Part shown: piece after piece, positions 26,840 to 40,199 of the stretch | How the letters are laid out: each line of letters opens with the position of its first letter | How positions within the stretch are numbered: position 1 is the stretch's first letter | NCBI GenBank assembly: GCA_964016885.1 | Contig: OZ024741.1 | Span: 129,270,001 to 129,334,000 of the forward strand | Direction of reading: 5' to 3' | Length of the DNA stretch: 64,000 nt | Origin: Eledone cirrhosa | Taxonomy: Eukaryota | The notes under the pieces: generated by a model | Told to the model about the DNA's origin: nothing | Seen by the model: only the letters and a program-made list of their open reading frames with translations | Databases searched by the model: none | Made by a program: the position numbers and the translations under genes

Positions 26840-27010
26840 TCCCAGCTCAGTTCACTGCAACAACAGGTGACCAATGATGGTTTCTCAAGTCTCACCCAGC
26901 AACTACTGGATGAGAAGAATGAACAGATAGACCAATTAAGAAACCAGATTGCTGAACAGACACAGTTAAACCCATTGTTTACTGATTCATCTTCAGAAAA
27001 CAGTCAACTG
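26840..27010 (+). CDS. AKAP9: AKAP9/pericentrin-like exon (SQLSSLQQQV...LLDEKNEQIDQLRNQI...NSQL)
   Basis: ttccag|TCC...CTG|gtaagt, 171 nt, phase 0-0. LLxEKNxxIDxLxxQI resembles an AKAP9/PCNT motif. Confidence 0.9.
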
Positions 27011-27256
27011 GTAAGTTTTAATTCTTATCCTACCACTGTTCCACTGGTAAGTTCTAACTTCAAGTTTTAAGATCTATCCTACAATTTTTCCCTATTCCTT
27101 CCACACTTCTCTTTTGCTTTGCATTCATTTTTTTCCTCCCTCCTATTTCTACCTAGTTGATAGTGATGATGATGGTGGTAACAGTCTCTTTCAATGTTTC
27201 CCTATCTGTAAATTATATATATATATATATATATCCCCATCTCTCTCTCTTCTATA

Positions 27257-27520
27257 TCATCATCATCATCATCATCATCATCGTTTAACGTCCATCTTCC
27301 ATGCTAGCATGGGTTAGACGGTTTTGTTCCATTTGATGTGGGATTGGTCGGGAGACCGTGTCTCGCTCATACGGAAGTCTCTGGCAGGTTTTCTACAGCT
27401 GGATGCCCTTCCTAACACCAACCACTTTTACAGTGTGGACTGGGAGCCTTTTTACCATGTCTCCTACACAACCACTTTACAGTGTGGACTGTGTGTTTTT
27501 TGTTGTGTCACCGACAGTGG
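27257..27520 (-). mobile_element. RTE-type 3' UTR/tail remnant (representative). Others at about 6025-6165, 22110-22350, 26620-26815, 29700-30010, 49787-50030, 50365-50705, 58393-58610.
   Basis: Shared (CAT)n-cgtttaacgtcc...catgctagcatgggttagac...ctggatgcccttcctaacaccaaccactttacagtgtggactggg. Confidence 0.75.
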
Positions 27521-27849
27521 ACAGAAATGGGCGGATGGGACTTTCTCTCTATATATATATATTTATTTATTTATTCAATTTAAACATCCATATAGAACTA
27601 GTAAGCCATGACAGACTCGAGGAAGTATTGAGTACTCCTTACAGTTGGTAATCAAAAAACAGCTAGGGAGACAGGTAATTGAAATGAAAAGAAAAAAGAA
27701 ACTAAAATATAAATAAAAAAAGAGAAAAGGGGGGGAAAAAAACAAAATAAAAATAACATTTCAAATATTGGAGGCTATATATATCATCATTATCATTTTA
27801 TGTCCACTTTTCCCTGCTTGCAAGGGTTTGACATATATATAAATATATA

Positions 27850-28510
27850 CTAAGTGAGAAATTAGATAGAAGAGGGATCAGATGCTGTTTACTCGAGAGA
27901 AGACTACGTTGGTATGGCCACGCGATGCGCATGAAAGACGACAGCTGTATAAAAAAGTGCAGGGCAATCAAAATTTACAGAAGTTACGGAGTAGGCAGAT
28001 CCAGAAAAACCTGGGACAATTTGATAAATTCCGACCTTACACACTTACACCTCTCTAAGACAATGTCGCTGGACCGAGATCTTTGGTGCTATGCAGTAAT
28101 ACAGAAAACCCGACTTGCCTAAGTACAAAGCGAAACCTACAGTTAGTAGGCACCTCTTAATCAAATATGCCCCCCCCCCCCCCCCCCCCCACCCAACTCC
28201 CCCACTCCCATCAACACCACCCCTTTCTCTGTAAAGTTATGTTGGTACACAACATCCAGTCCTAAATAAATGAGGTCATGACAAAAAACACACAGTCCAC
28301 GCTGTAATGTGGCCGTGTAGGTAACACGGTAAAAACCTCCCAGTCCACACTGTAAACGTGGTTGGTGTAAGGAAGGGCATCCAGCCGTAGAAAACCTGCC
28401 AGACAGTCCCATACGAGCGAGACAACTAATCTTGCCTCAAGTGGGACAATTCCCGTCTAAACCCATGCTAGCGAAGAAGATAGATGTTAAACGATGATGA
28501 TGATGATGAT
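27850..28510 (+). mobile_element. 5'-truncated RTE-clade LINE: ORF C-terminus, 3' UTR and (GAT)n tail
   Basis: RRLRWYGHAMRMKDDSCIKKC...GRSRKTW...DRDLW-stop, then UTR with AGGAAGGGCATCCAGCCGTAGAAA and ACCCATGCTAGC...GTTAAACGATGATGATG. Confidence 0.85.
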
Positions 28511-28621
28511 ATTTATATATAAGCAAAAGGGATATTTAATATCATTGAATATATTTATATATATATATATATTATTCAAAATATTAACAAATGAAGGATA
28601 TTCACATAATCAAAATATATG

Positions 28622-28685
28622 CTTTATTATATATATTTTAAAGGTACTGTGTTGTTTTTACAGTACGTCTTCATCAGATAAAATA
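28622..28685 (-). ncRNA. Second, probably inactivated copy of the hammerhead motif (G12 to A)
   Basis: TATTTTAT-CTGATGA-agacGTACTGT(9 nt)ACAGTACcttt-AAAA-TATATATA-ATAAAG. Same flanks as the 6558 copy. Confidence 0.5.
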
Positions 28686-29103
28686 TATGATTTGATATAT
28701 GACATACCGCTATGGTCTTGATTATACAATTCCATATTTTGAATAATATTAAAAACTCCAGGAAAATTATCTTGTTGAGTGCTTTTAATCTATTGTAAAA
28801 TTGTATTCATTGAGTAATCAACGAACCATATTAATCTTTGGTTATATATATTTATTTATATATATATATATATATATTAAAATAACAGATTAAAGTTTAA
28901 GCAAAGAATCGCTGCTTTCACCCTTAACGGGATCTTCTGAAACTAACAAAGTCAATCTGTGAACGCAGAAGTGAATATTTCAAAAAAACGCTGCAACCGG
29001 AGGAAGACAGGAAGACGATAAATCTCTACGGTTCTTATATATTTGATATATATTTATCCTTATCAAGCCCTCTTTGGATTTTAGTCTTCAAATTTATTAT
29101 TAT

Positions 29104-29152
<49 letters not shown>

Positions 29153-29199
29153 GATGAAATGAAATGATATATGATAATTGTTAATAAACAAAAATAATA

Positions 29200-29380
29200 A
29201 CAATTGTTTCTACTTTAGGCACAAGGCCAGCAATAACCCAGTACATTACTGGTACTTTATTTTATCGACCCCGTAAGGATGAAAGGCAAAGTTAACCTCG
29301 GCGGGATTTGAACTCAGACTGTAAGGGGACGTAACTATGCTAGAAAGCATGGTGTCTGACGCTCTACCGATTCTGCCAAT
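29200..29380 (-). mobile_element. SINE family 1 copy
   Basis: A-box, B-box, core and tail present. Confidence 0.85.
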
Positions 29381-30279
29381 TACATAATCGAGGTCTTTCA
29401 TCCTTTCAAGATTGATTCTTCTCATATATCTCCTTCTCTGGAAGATATTGATTTCGCTATGTTTAGATCGGGAGAGGGGATGGACTCTGCCAGGTTTAAA
29501 ATGCTCATATAATGTCATGAACCACTAACTTGAATCTTTCCCTAATTAGTTGTCCTAAAAGTCTTTCTGTCACTTTCATAACTTGATCCATCAGTCATGT
29601 GCCTCTGTAGTTACTCCTTTCTAACATATCACCTTTTCCCTTATAACAAATAATGAATATACTTCTACACCAGTCATTGTGTATGAATCCACCATGTATC
29701 ATCATCATCATCATCATCATCGTCATTTAAAGTTCATTTTTTCCATACTAGCATGGGTTAGACGAGTTGTTCCATTGTGAGACAAACCAGATCAGATGAC
29801 CATGTCTTGCTCATACAGAATTGTTTCTGTGACTAGATGTCCTTCTTAATGCCAGCCACATTTACAGTTTGGACTGGGTACTTTTTATCATGTCATCAAC
29901 ACGGCAACTTTACAGGGTGGACTGGGTGCTTTTTGTTGTGTTACCAACTCGACCACTTTACAGTGTAGACTGGATGCTTTTCATTACGACACCAACATGA
30001 CCACCTTACAGGGTCTTGATTGATTAGTGGGCAACTAGTTTGACTCCTATTTCCCGAGAAATTTTCAATACCTCAGCAAGTATCTTTTGGTGGGCCAGCT
30101 TCCTTACTAGTTTTCATCTCCTTGATACTTGCTTCTTTAACACTATAACTGTCAATTTTAATAGCTGTTTCCTCTGTTAGGTCAGCTGAAGATTGACTCT
30201 TTTCCTCCCTTTTCATTCCCCACATCCATCAACCTCTCATCTCTCAAATCATATCTTTTCGACCATTTATCCTCACCAG

Positions 30280-30468
30280 AGAGAGCACTTACAGAAGAAA
30301 GTGACAGAACTAAAAGAGAAGGACACCAAACTCCACAGTTTGTCTGCTCTGGTTGAAGAACTGCAGAACAGAACCTCATATGTCAATGATGATAGCTTTA
30401 TGGGGGACATGTCCCTTCCGTTTGAACAGGGATCCCCATATATGACCAGCAACTCATTGACTGAAAGG
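30280..30468 (+). CDS. AKAP9: AKAP9/pericentrin-like exon (REHLQKKVTE...SLTER)
   Basis: caccag|AGA...AGG|gtgagt, 189 nt, phase 0-0. Confidence 0.88.
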
Positions 30469-30779
30469 GTGAGTAACCTCCACTGATCCACTTACTATCT
30501 TTATATATGCTGCTGAGCACAAAGTCTTCTCTTTCTCTCTATGCCTCTCTCTCTGTATCTGTGTCTCTGTCACTGTTCTCTTTGTCTCTCTCTCTGTATA
30601 TATATATATATGTATACTTTATTAGTGTGTAATATTAAATTACTATTGGTTCACCAATTTGATCACTTGATGCCAAAGTGGGTCCTGCTGTCTGTCTGCC
30701 TAGCTTACTTTTGTGGCTGACCATTCTTCATATATTACAGCCGCCTGTGTCTCACTAATATCACTGTTCTAATCTACAG

Positions 30780-30881
30780 ACCAGTCTTCAACAGGAACTG
30801 TCTGCAGTCATCACTGATCGGGATGAGCAGATCAACTCTTTACGAACTGAACTACAACAAAAAGAAGACAAAGCCAGTCAG
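30780..30881 (+). CDS. AKAP9: AKAP9/pericentrin-like exon (TSLQQELSAVITDRDEQINSLRTELQQKEDKASQ)
   Basis: ctacag|ACC...CAG|gtaaat, 102 nt, phase 0-0. Missed by the ORF track. Confidence 0.87.
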
Positions 30882-31292
30882 GTAAATGTAACACACACCT
30901 AGCCACATGCACACACATACATACATGCACACATACTCATCAAGCTTTGCTCACACACTTGCATATGTGTAGATTCATGTGTACCTTTTCTTAGTCTGTG
31001 TGTGCGAGCATATTTTTACCTGTGTTCAAATTTATGCACATATACCTGTTTCTCTATATATATGTAGGTGTATATTTTCTTGTGTGTATGTGCACCTGTA
31101 TAAGTACATATTTCTGTATGTGGGCAAGTGTATATATTTGTGTGTTTGTGTGTATCTCTATATATGTGCAGGTGTATAGTTTCCTGTGTGTATGTTCTCC
31201 AGTATAATGTGTATTTCTGTATGTGTGCAAGTGTATATATTTCTGTGTGTACCTGTACATGTGTGTGTTTGTATACTTGTATCTGGCTATGT

Positions 31293-31530
31293 GAAGGCAT
31301 GTGACTTAGTGGTTAGAGTATTGGGCTCAGAATCATGAGGTTGTAAGTTCAATTTCCAGACCAGGTTGAGAGTTTGTGTCCTTGAGTAAGATACTTTATT
31401 TCACATTGCTCCAATTCACTAGCTGGAAAAAATGAGTTGCAATGTCACTGGTGCCAAGCTGTGTCGGCCTTTACCTTTCCCTTGGACAACATCAGTGGCT
31501 TGGAGAGGAGTATTCATGGGCAACTGCTGG
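31293..31530 (+). mobile_element. tRNA-derived SINE family 2 (others at about 1240-1350, 6205-6340 and 25350-25470 on -, and 7520-7820 on +)
   Basis: GAAGGCATGTGACTTAGTGGTTAGAG...GTTCAATT...TGTGTCCTTGAGYAARAYACTTTATTTCACATTGCTCCA. Confidence 0.75.
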
Positions 31531-32309
31531 TCTTCCACAAAAACAAGTGTGTGCTTGAGATATACAGGTTGAACTCAGTACACAACTCCAACAAGAGAAG
31601 GCCATTACTATTAGTTTTCCAAACTCCATACCTTCTAAGACAACTCCACATCTCTTAACCTTTATCTAAATGTGCCTCCCAGATAAATTATATATACCTC
31701 CCAGATAAATTATATATACCTCCCAGATAAATTATTTTGTCACCACGTGGAACTAAATGCAGAGTATTCCTTAACGATTCATAAACCTCTGTCTTTATTA
31801 CTTCATCACTGCCAAGTGCTGGAGCATATGGACCATTAATACTGACATGACTGCTACAAAGTCATTTTGTGTCCTCCCTGTCATAAATTTGGTGTCCTCT
31901 ATTTCATAAGTTTACTGTGTTTTTGTCATAGGTTTGGTGTCCTCCAGAGAATAAGTTGTATGTCTTCCATCTCATTAGTTTTGTGTCCTTAGTATCATAA
32001 CTGACATGGCTGTTATCCTGTTGTGTATCTCTGGTAAATTCTGCTTAAGTAAATTGATGGTCAGTGGGTAGTTGTCAAATACCTCTGTGTGATACTGTCT
32101 AATGATCAACACCAAGTCAGTACAGCTCAAGTAGTGAGCTCAATATATTGTCTCCCAAATATAATTAGCTATAGCTGTAGAAACCAACCCAAAATCTGTT
32201 CTGTATGAGCAAGGCATAGTCACCTGACCTAGCATTGCTCACAATAGGAAGACTCGTCTAACCCAGGCTAGCGTAGAAAAATGGATGTAAAACAATGATG
32301 ATGATGATG

Positions 32310-32645
32310 ACTGTCCTCCAAATATTATTAACTATACTGTCCCCCAAATATAATTAATTTTACTGTCCCTCAAATATAATTAACCTCAACATTGTCCCCC
32401 AAATATAATTAACTGTACTGTCTAACCCATGCTAGCATGGAAGATAGGTGTTAAACGATGATGATAATGTTGATGTCTCCCAAATGTTATTAACTATAAT
32501 ATCCCTCAAACATAATTAATTATAATGTCCCTCAAATTTAATTAATTATGTCTCCCAAATATAATTAACTATACTCTCCCATGAATATAATTAGCTATAC
32601 TGTCCCCCCCCCAAATATAATTGACCTCAACACTGTCCTCCAAAA
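32310..32645. repeat. Degenerate ~26-30-bp tandem repeat interleaved with an RTE tail
   Basis: tgtcccccaaatataattaactatac recurring. Confidence 0.75.
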
Positions 32646-35354
32646 TTTGTAGCCTTGTGCTGATGTTAGAAGTGATTATCGTTAGAGTGACCAACACAAT
32701 GCCTTGAAGCATTTAGTTACATCCATTTACATTCTGTATTCAAATCTTGAACAGCTCCACTTTATCTTCCATCCTTCTGAAGTCTATAAAATCTGTCTAA
32801 AACTTGTCAAATACCACGGTTGATATTGTATATTGTTTCCTGCCTGTCGAATGTCTGGCCATATGTAAAGCCTAACCCTAACCCATCAAATTTCTGGCCA
32901 TGTTTCTATGTAAGATACCCTTACTATTATATTAAATAGTAGTTACATGTTAGTCATTTCAGAACACACAAAACATTTCTATATTCACTTTTCATTTCAA
33001 TATAGATAAAACTTTTATTGCACATAATTATGCATGCAAGTAAACAAAATTTATATAAAGAAAAGATTAAAAAAAACTGGAAGATACATACACCCAATCA
33101 TACACTTTAAAGGGAGCTGGAGTTTCTCTTTCATAATTTTTTAGGCAAGCCAATACATTTTTTCCTGAGTTTCAAAATTGTTCACATACTTCTTGCCAAA
33201 CAACGATTCCAAAATTATTCAAAGTACTTTTCATTTTCTTCTGTATTTGTGTGTGTGCATTGTTTTTTCTCTGATTCTGGTTTTCTTAGTTTTTATTCAA
33301 TTTCTTGCTGAAGATAAAGTTGTATTCTCTCTCTTTTATTTTCTTTCTAAAATTCTAAAAAAATATATTGAATTCCTGTTTAATGCAATCAAAGGATTGG
33401 CTCTGCTTGGAATTACTTCATCTGTTACCAAGTGTCTTCTTTTACCTGTCTTTACACTGACTAACAGAAACTACTCTATGGCCTTCTCTGTTGTTTTTTT
33501 TTGTTCCCTTATTACTAGTATTATTTCGTTGACACCACATTTTGCTGTTTTTTTTTTGTTGGCTATACTGGCACTTTTGTTTATACCTTGTTCTATTCTT
33601 TCATCCTATGAGAGCCTCTCTTCTTACTAACATTAATTAAATATAGACCTGGAGCGATGCCATTGAGCCTGATTTATCATCAACATCTGATCCTTGTCAT
33701 GCTTTAGCAGAATCCACTCTGTTGCAAACATTCAAATTAGGTCTCAGGTTTGAAAATACTTCCCTCTCTTCCTTCCAGCTGTCTTGGAAGCCCTGAAAAG
33801 ATATCTAAATGTTCAGCTCTCTCTCTTTATTGAGTAAAATTTGATTTATTTCAGACAATGGGATCATCTTCATTCCTATTGTTGAAACATTCTCTCAGGT
33901 AGTGGCTTTAAATTTCTGCTTTTAGTTTGGTGAACATACAAGTGTTTAGGCTGTAAAAATGTTAGCTAAAATTTACAAGCATATAAGTTCTAATAAGTCT
34001 TTCTTGAACTTACAAAACTATAAGTTCTGTATTGTGCCAAGAATTCGGAGTTCTGGCTTGCATTGTCTAGAGAGATAGAATGACGGATGAGGAGATTGCA
34101 AAAAAGACATCTGTACATCACAGATTATAGTGACAAATGCTTGTACAACATGAATACCAATCTCTAAGTCTCAGTGATTATTATCTGTTGAGAAACTTAC
34201 TTAAGATGACCAGTAATCACATAAACCACAGGTTTCACTTCAGAGTTTACCTTTCTTAGAAGAAGGCTATAACGACTGAGACACACACTTACTGCATGTC
34301 CTGACATCAACCAGAGGTGTTTCTGAGTTCCCACATGCAGTTGGTTATCATAACCGAGTTTTTGAAATCAGAGTGACCCTTCTCCTACACAGACTGCCAC
34401 CCGAGACTGATAAGTTATGTCTGCCCAGAGCAACTGGTTTTAAGGCCACAGTAATTCACCATCATCATCTGCTTTTCTGCTTGCATGGTTTGGACATATC
34501 TTTTCCTGCAGAGCATCACTCTATTCATTGCGTTCCTTTGTCATCTAGCACAGCATATAAGGAAAACAATACAATAATCTTATATTAGTTTAATGCTTGA
34601 TAGAATTGTAAAAAAGTCTTAATGCTATTTCCTTCATCAGAAGGTAGAAACAGAGTGGAGAGAGAGGGTGTTTGGGAGAGAGAAGACAAAGGAAGATGAA
34701 AAAGAAAACAAGGAAACTGGAAGAAAAGAGAAATATATAGCAGGGACAGCAGTATCAACCTTAATGCACCAAAATCATGATTTCCAGAGGTTGACAGAGG
34801 AAATGGGACTGTCCATTTTTCTGTTGTTTTTCCATTATTTTTGTCCCTTGTGCCCACATCCCCTATTTTGAATATATATATTTTAAAAGCCATACAATGC
34901 ATTAGAAAATTAAAGGTCACAAAATAATGATAGGATTTTACCTCAGCAAATTTAATTATCCCAAATATTTTCAGGTTTAAAAACCCATTATCAAGGGAGT
35001 ATCCCTGGGAAGGTCTTAAATGACCGGTTGGAGATGAGTTGTTGTTTGGATGGCAGTCAATTTAAATAAATATATATATATAGCAGGGAAAGCGGGTCTT
35101 GAATGATGATGATATATGGATATGCAATATCGACAGTGTGAAATGAAAAAAAATGCACTCAATACCGTGGGGAAGAGTATAGATTACTTTTTAGTATGTA
35201 AGTCAACACATTATGGTTAAAACTATCATACTATCACATTGTCAGTCCCTTCACCAACAGAAAAATGTTGGCAGATGCCGTCTGTCGCTATGAAACCCAA
35301 AGCATTGATGAAAATATAATGACCTATTATAGGTATATGCACACAAATGCATAC

Positions 35355-35446
35355 CCAGACAGACACAGACAGACAGACAGACAGACAGACACAGACAGAC
35401 AGACACAGACAGACACAGACAGACAGACAGACACAGACAGACAGAC

Positions 35447-35477
<31 letters not shown>

Positions 35478-35576
35478 CAGACAGACACAGACAGACACAG
35501 ACAGACACAGACAGACACAGACAGACACAGACAGACACAGACAGACACAGACAGACACAGACAGACACAGACAGAC

Positions 35577-35627
<51 letters not shown>

Positions 35628-35634
35628 CACACAA

Positions 35635-35660
<26 letters not shown>
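35355..35660. repeat. (GACA)n/(GACAGACACA)n compound microsatellite
   Basis: Directly visible. Confidence 0.95.
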
Positions 35661-35667
<7 letters not shown>

Positions 35668-35957
35668 AAAAAATATATACATTAAATAGACATTAAACGA
35701 TGATGATGATACAAATATATATATATATATACACACATACACAAACACATACACACATACATATATATACTTACATACACAAATCCATACATGCGTGCTG
35801 GTGCCATGATGATATGCACTCTGTACCATGCAAAGCCAGTGGTTCCAATAAAGTACTGACTTGGTCTGTGGCAGCCCTTCCAACTCTTGCTAGCAGGAAA
35901 GTGGACATTAAATGATGATGGTCTATTTATTTACCTATCTACACATATTTACATATA

Positions 35958-35990
<33 letters not shown>

Positions 35991-36109
35991 CATCATCATC
36001 ATCATCGTTTAACGTCTATCTTCCACGCTAGCATGGGTTTATATGGGCCTGGAGAAGGATGGACCCTTACAACTCTATCGGGAGTTACGGGACCATACAT
36101 ACCTACACA

Positions 36110-36600
<491 letters not shown>

Positions 36601-36739
36601 GTGTAGGTATGTACGGTCCCGTAATATATATATATGTATACCGTGTGTGTGTATATAAATATATATATATATATATATGTATACCGTGTGTGTGTATATA
36701 AATATATATATATATATATGTATGCTTGTGTGTGAAGTG

Positions 36740-37178
36740 TGATTCTGCATGGTAGTGAAACATATGTTGTGACAGCAAAGGATGTGCATAGACTGGAGAG
36801 AAATGAAGCAACCATGCTCTGTTAGATGTTCAATGTAAGTATGAAAAAGAGGCAGTGCTTTGTTGAAGGAGAAGCTAGGTTTAAGAGGGTTTTGAGGTGG
36901 TGTGCAGGAGAGATGACTGCATTGGTTTGGGCATATGATGCGCATGGACAATGATTGTTAGGTGAAAAGGTACCAGGGAATGAAAGTGAAAAGTAGTCGC
37001 AGTAGAGGTAGACCAATAGAGACCTGGATAGAGGTTGTAAGACCTGACTTCAAATCACTGAGACTAACACAGGCGATGACAAAGAATCGCAATGAGTGGA
37101 GAGTTACCGTGCTGAGAAGGACCTGTCGAACCCATGCAGGCACAGAAAAGTGGACATAAAAATGATGATGATAATGAT
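36740..37178 (+). mobile_element. RTE-clade LINE 3' fragment
   Basis: ILHGSET..., [12 protein letters not shown]..., RSRGRPIETW..., RNEWR, then an ACCCATGC...GGACATAAAATGATGATG tail. Confidence 0.85.
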
Positions 37179-37184
37179 ACATAG

Positions 37185-37250
<66 letters not shown>

Positions 37251-37615
37251 ATTTATATATATATATATATACACAAAATTTGCCTCCATTGATCCCAATC
37301 AAGGAAATCAAAGGTTTGAATAATTCTCAAGCCAGAATTACCTCCCTTGTTTCCAAAATGTTGGTGGGAAGGACTTCCCTATTCATATATATTTGTCTGT
37401 GTGCTCGATGAAGGGGCAGTTTGAAAATGCCTCCTCCAATATACAGTGGTGGTCATAACTGGACCCAAAAAATCCAATGGGTTTACATCATGGTTAATTA
37501 TACGGAACGACCAGTTCTATCCAGTGGTGAACCACCAAATCTAAATGAAAATAATATATATATATATATATTCAGTTTTACCCATTGGTAAACAGCCTAA
37601 CATAAATGATATAAA

Positions 37616-37655
<40 letters not shown>

Positions 37656-37803
37656 CTTGAATATAACAACGAGAGTGTAAATATGGAAGAAAAGAGAATA
37701 TCTGATATCTGTATGTAAAGTGTCAAAACTAAATTTATTTAAGATGAAACCTCAAATTTTATAACTCTAAATTTCATGTCTGATTCTTGACCAAACTATG
37801 AAG

Positions 37804-37854
<51 letters not shown>

Positions 37855-37858
37855 TATA

Positions 37859-37960
37859 CAGGGTGTTCCCAAACAATGTACATGAACTTTGAGTACCTGT
37901 GCAGGCAATATTTATTAGAATGCTGTTGAAGTATGCATACATTTTTGGGGGTATACCCTG
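37859..37960. mobile_element. Tc1/mariner-type MITE, same family as 1909-1986
   Basis: TA-CAGGGTGTTCCCAAACAATGTA...ATACATTTTTGGGGGTATACCCTG-TA. Confidence 0.7.
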
Positions 37961-38174
37961 TATATGATGGGAGAATTTGTGATGTATTTATATATTTAGT
38001 CTGATTAAGTGATTTGTTGTGTACACTCTCTCACATGCCACATACACACAAACCCACACACTTTTTTTAAAAATCTAAATTGAAAAATAAATTTTTTTTT
38101 TTTATTTGTCATGTGTGCGCGCGTGTGTTCTTCATTTCTTGTCTGCACGAGTTAGTCTTCCCATTTCATGACAG

Positions 38175-38318
38175 ATGCGTGTCGAGTTGCAGCTGCAGCA
38201 TGAGGAACTGGTCACCTCACTGCACGAGATGTTGCAGGAGAGGGATTCAACAGCAGACGAGATGTGCACCGAAATGGACGGACTGCACGCAGAGATTACC
38301 AACTTGAGTGAACACCAG
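38175..38318 (+). CDS. AKAP9: AKAP9/pericentrin-like exon (MRVELQLQHE...NLSEHQ)
   Basis: gacag|ATG...CAG|gtattc, 144 nt, phase 0-0. Confidence 0.87.
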
Positions 38319-38421
38319 GTATTCATCTCTCATCCTGCGCTGATGCTCTCCACTTATTGCAACCATGTGTCGGCTGACTTGTATGCTCCCTATACAACTA
38401 ATCTTTTTACATTTACATACA

Positions 38422-38462
<41 letters not shown>

Positions 38463-38614
38463 TCGTGTATATGCGTATATATATATACACACACACGTGT
38501 ATATAATATATATATATGCACACACACTCATATATATATATGTATATAAACACGCATACACACATATATGTATACATACACACACAAGCACACACATGTG
38601 TATATATATTAAGC

Positions 38615-38649
<35 letters not shown>

Positions 38650-38863
38650 GGTGTATATATATTCATACATACACACACATATATATTCACTCACACTTGC
38701 CTGTCTTTTAATCATAAATAACTTGATTAATGGACTTGTCTTGAGTTCTTTTTTCTAATATCAACAGCATGCTTTGAGATATTGCCTGTCTGAGCCTTGA
38801 TATTTTTCTTTCTATTTATCATTACATCAATACATCTATCATTACATATCTCTCTCTCTCTCT

Positions 38864-38901
<38 letters not shown>

Positions 38902-39168
38902 AAAAAAGATGAAATCGAAAATGCAACTGGAGTTTTTTTTTTTTTAAATATATATTTATTTGGTGAGAAAAACCACAAACCCTCCATCTTAATTCTACCT
39001 TTGAAAAGCATAAGAACTGCGAAACTGGTAAAGGAACCAAATAAATATATATTTAAAAAAAAAAAAAGACTCCGGTTGCATTTTCGATTTCATCTTTTTT
39101 CCTTATACTTTCACTCATGTAGGACACCTCGATTTTCTTTCATTTTTCATTTTGTAAAAAAACCTCAC

Positions 39169-39276
<108 letters not shown>

Positions 39277-39691
39277 ATTCATCAATGCATCTATCTCTCT
39301 GTTTATCTATTCATCAATGCATCTCTTTCTTTTATTTTGTTATACTTTATATTTTATTTATGCATGGTTTATGTTTATCAATTTATCTTTCTATTCATCC
39401 ATCCATCAATCATTTAGTTGTTTATCTACCTAAGTATTTATTTTATTATTGGTGTGTGTGTGTATAAGGACAGTGGATTGGCAGTATCAGTTTAGTCTCA
39501 GACACCATGCTTCTCAGCATAGTTACAACCCTTTATGTTCTGATTTCAAATCCTGCTAAGGTTAGCTTTACCTTTCATCCTTACTGGGTTGATAAAATAA
39601 GGTACCAGTAATTCACTGGGGTTGATTTTATTGACTTTTCCTTCCCACAAAATTGTTGGCCTGTTGCCTAAATCAGAAACCATTATTTGTG

Positions 39692-40199
39692 CATGGGTCA
39701 GTTTCAAAGAACAGTTTGAAAAAACAGTTTAAGTCATGATGTTTATTTTTCAACATATGCTCCATCTAGGTCAATACACTTTTACAAGCATTGATACCAG
39801 CCTTTAAGTGAGGGCCATGCGATTTAAACCATGTCAAAGCACCTTTTTTTCCATCTTCATGGGGATCATCTTCAACCTCATCTCTTCCACTTCTTTAACG
39901 ACTTATCCATTTGTAGATTGTTGATTTCTTTGGGGCATTGTCCCCCAAAACTTCTCCAGAGTGTCAGTGATTTGGCTGCTCTTCCACCCTAGCTTCATCA
40001 TGAATTTGATGTTTTGATGGAGGTCTTGTTGCTCGAGTGGGTGCTGACTTCTGACTGGGGCTGCCGCATTGTAGCAAGCATGTTAGACCATGTTATGACA
40101 CGTTAGTGCGTGCAAGAACATACAAGTGCATTGAGATCGAAATCCCTGCATATGTATTTAGCTATGTACTTTTTCCACAAACCTTTTCAAGCCCCTTTG
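39692..40199 (-). mobile_element. Internally deleted Hsmar2-like (irritans-subfamily) mariner remnant
   Basis: Minus strand encodes NIKFMMKLGWKSSQITDTLEK/GDNAPKKSTIYKWISR and ALTWFKSHGP/LKGWYQCL*KCIDLDGAYVEK*, matching recalled Hsmar2 N- and C-termini. Degenerate TIR-like ends. Confidence 0.85.

Noticed and set aside
32871-32884. CCTAACCCTAACCC telomere-like motif
   Set aside because: Only about two units; expected by chance.
33178-33630. 150-aa hydrophobic ORF
   Set aside because: T-rich composition explains it; no recognisable domain or splice context. It may be a decayed TE, but I could not assign it.
33855-33898. Possible small exon (ttcag|ACA...CAG|gtagtg)
   Set aside because: 44 nt breaks the frame between phase-0 neighbours and the peptide is not coiled-coil-like. 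A poison exon cannot be excluded without RNA data.
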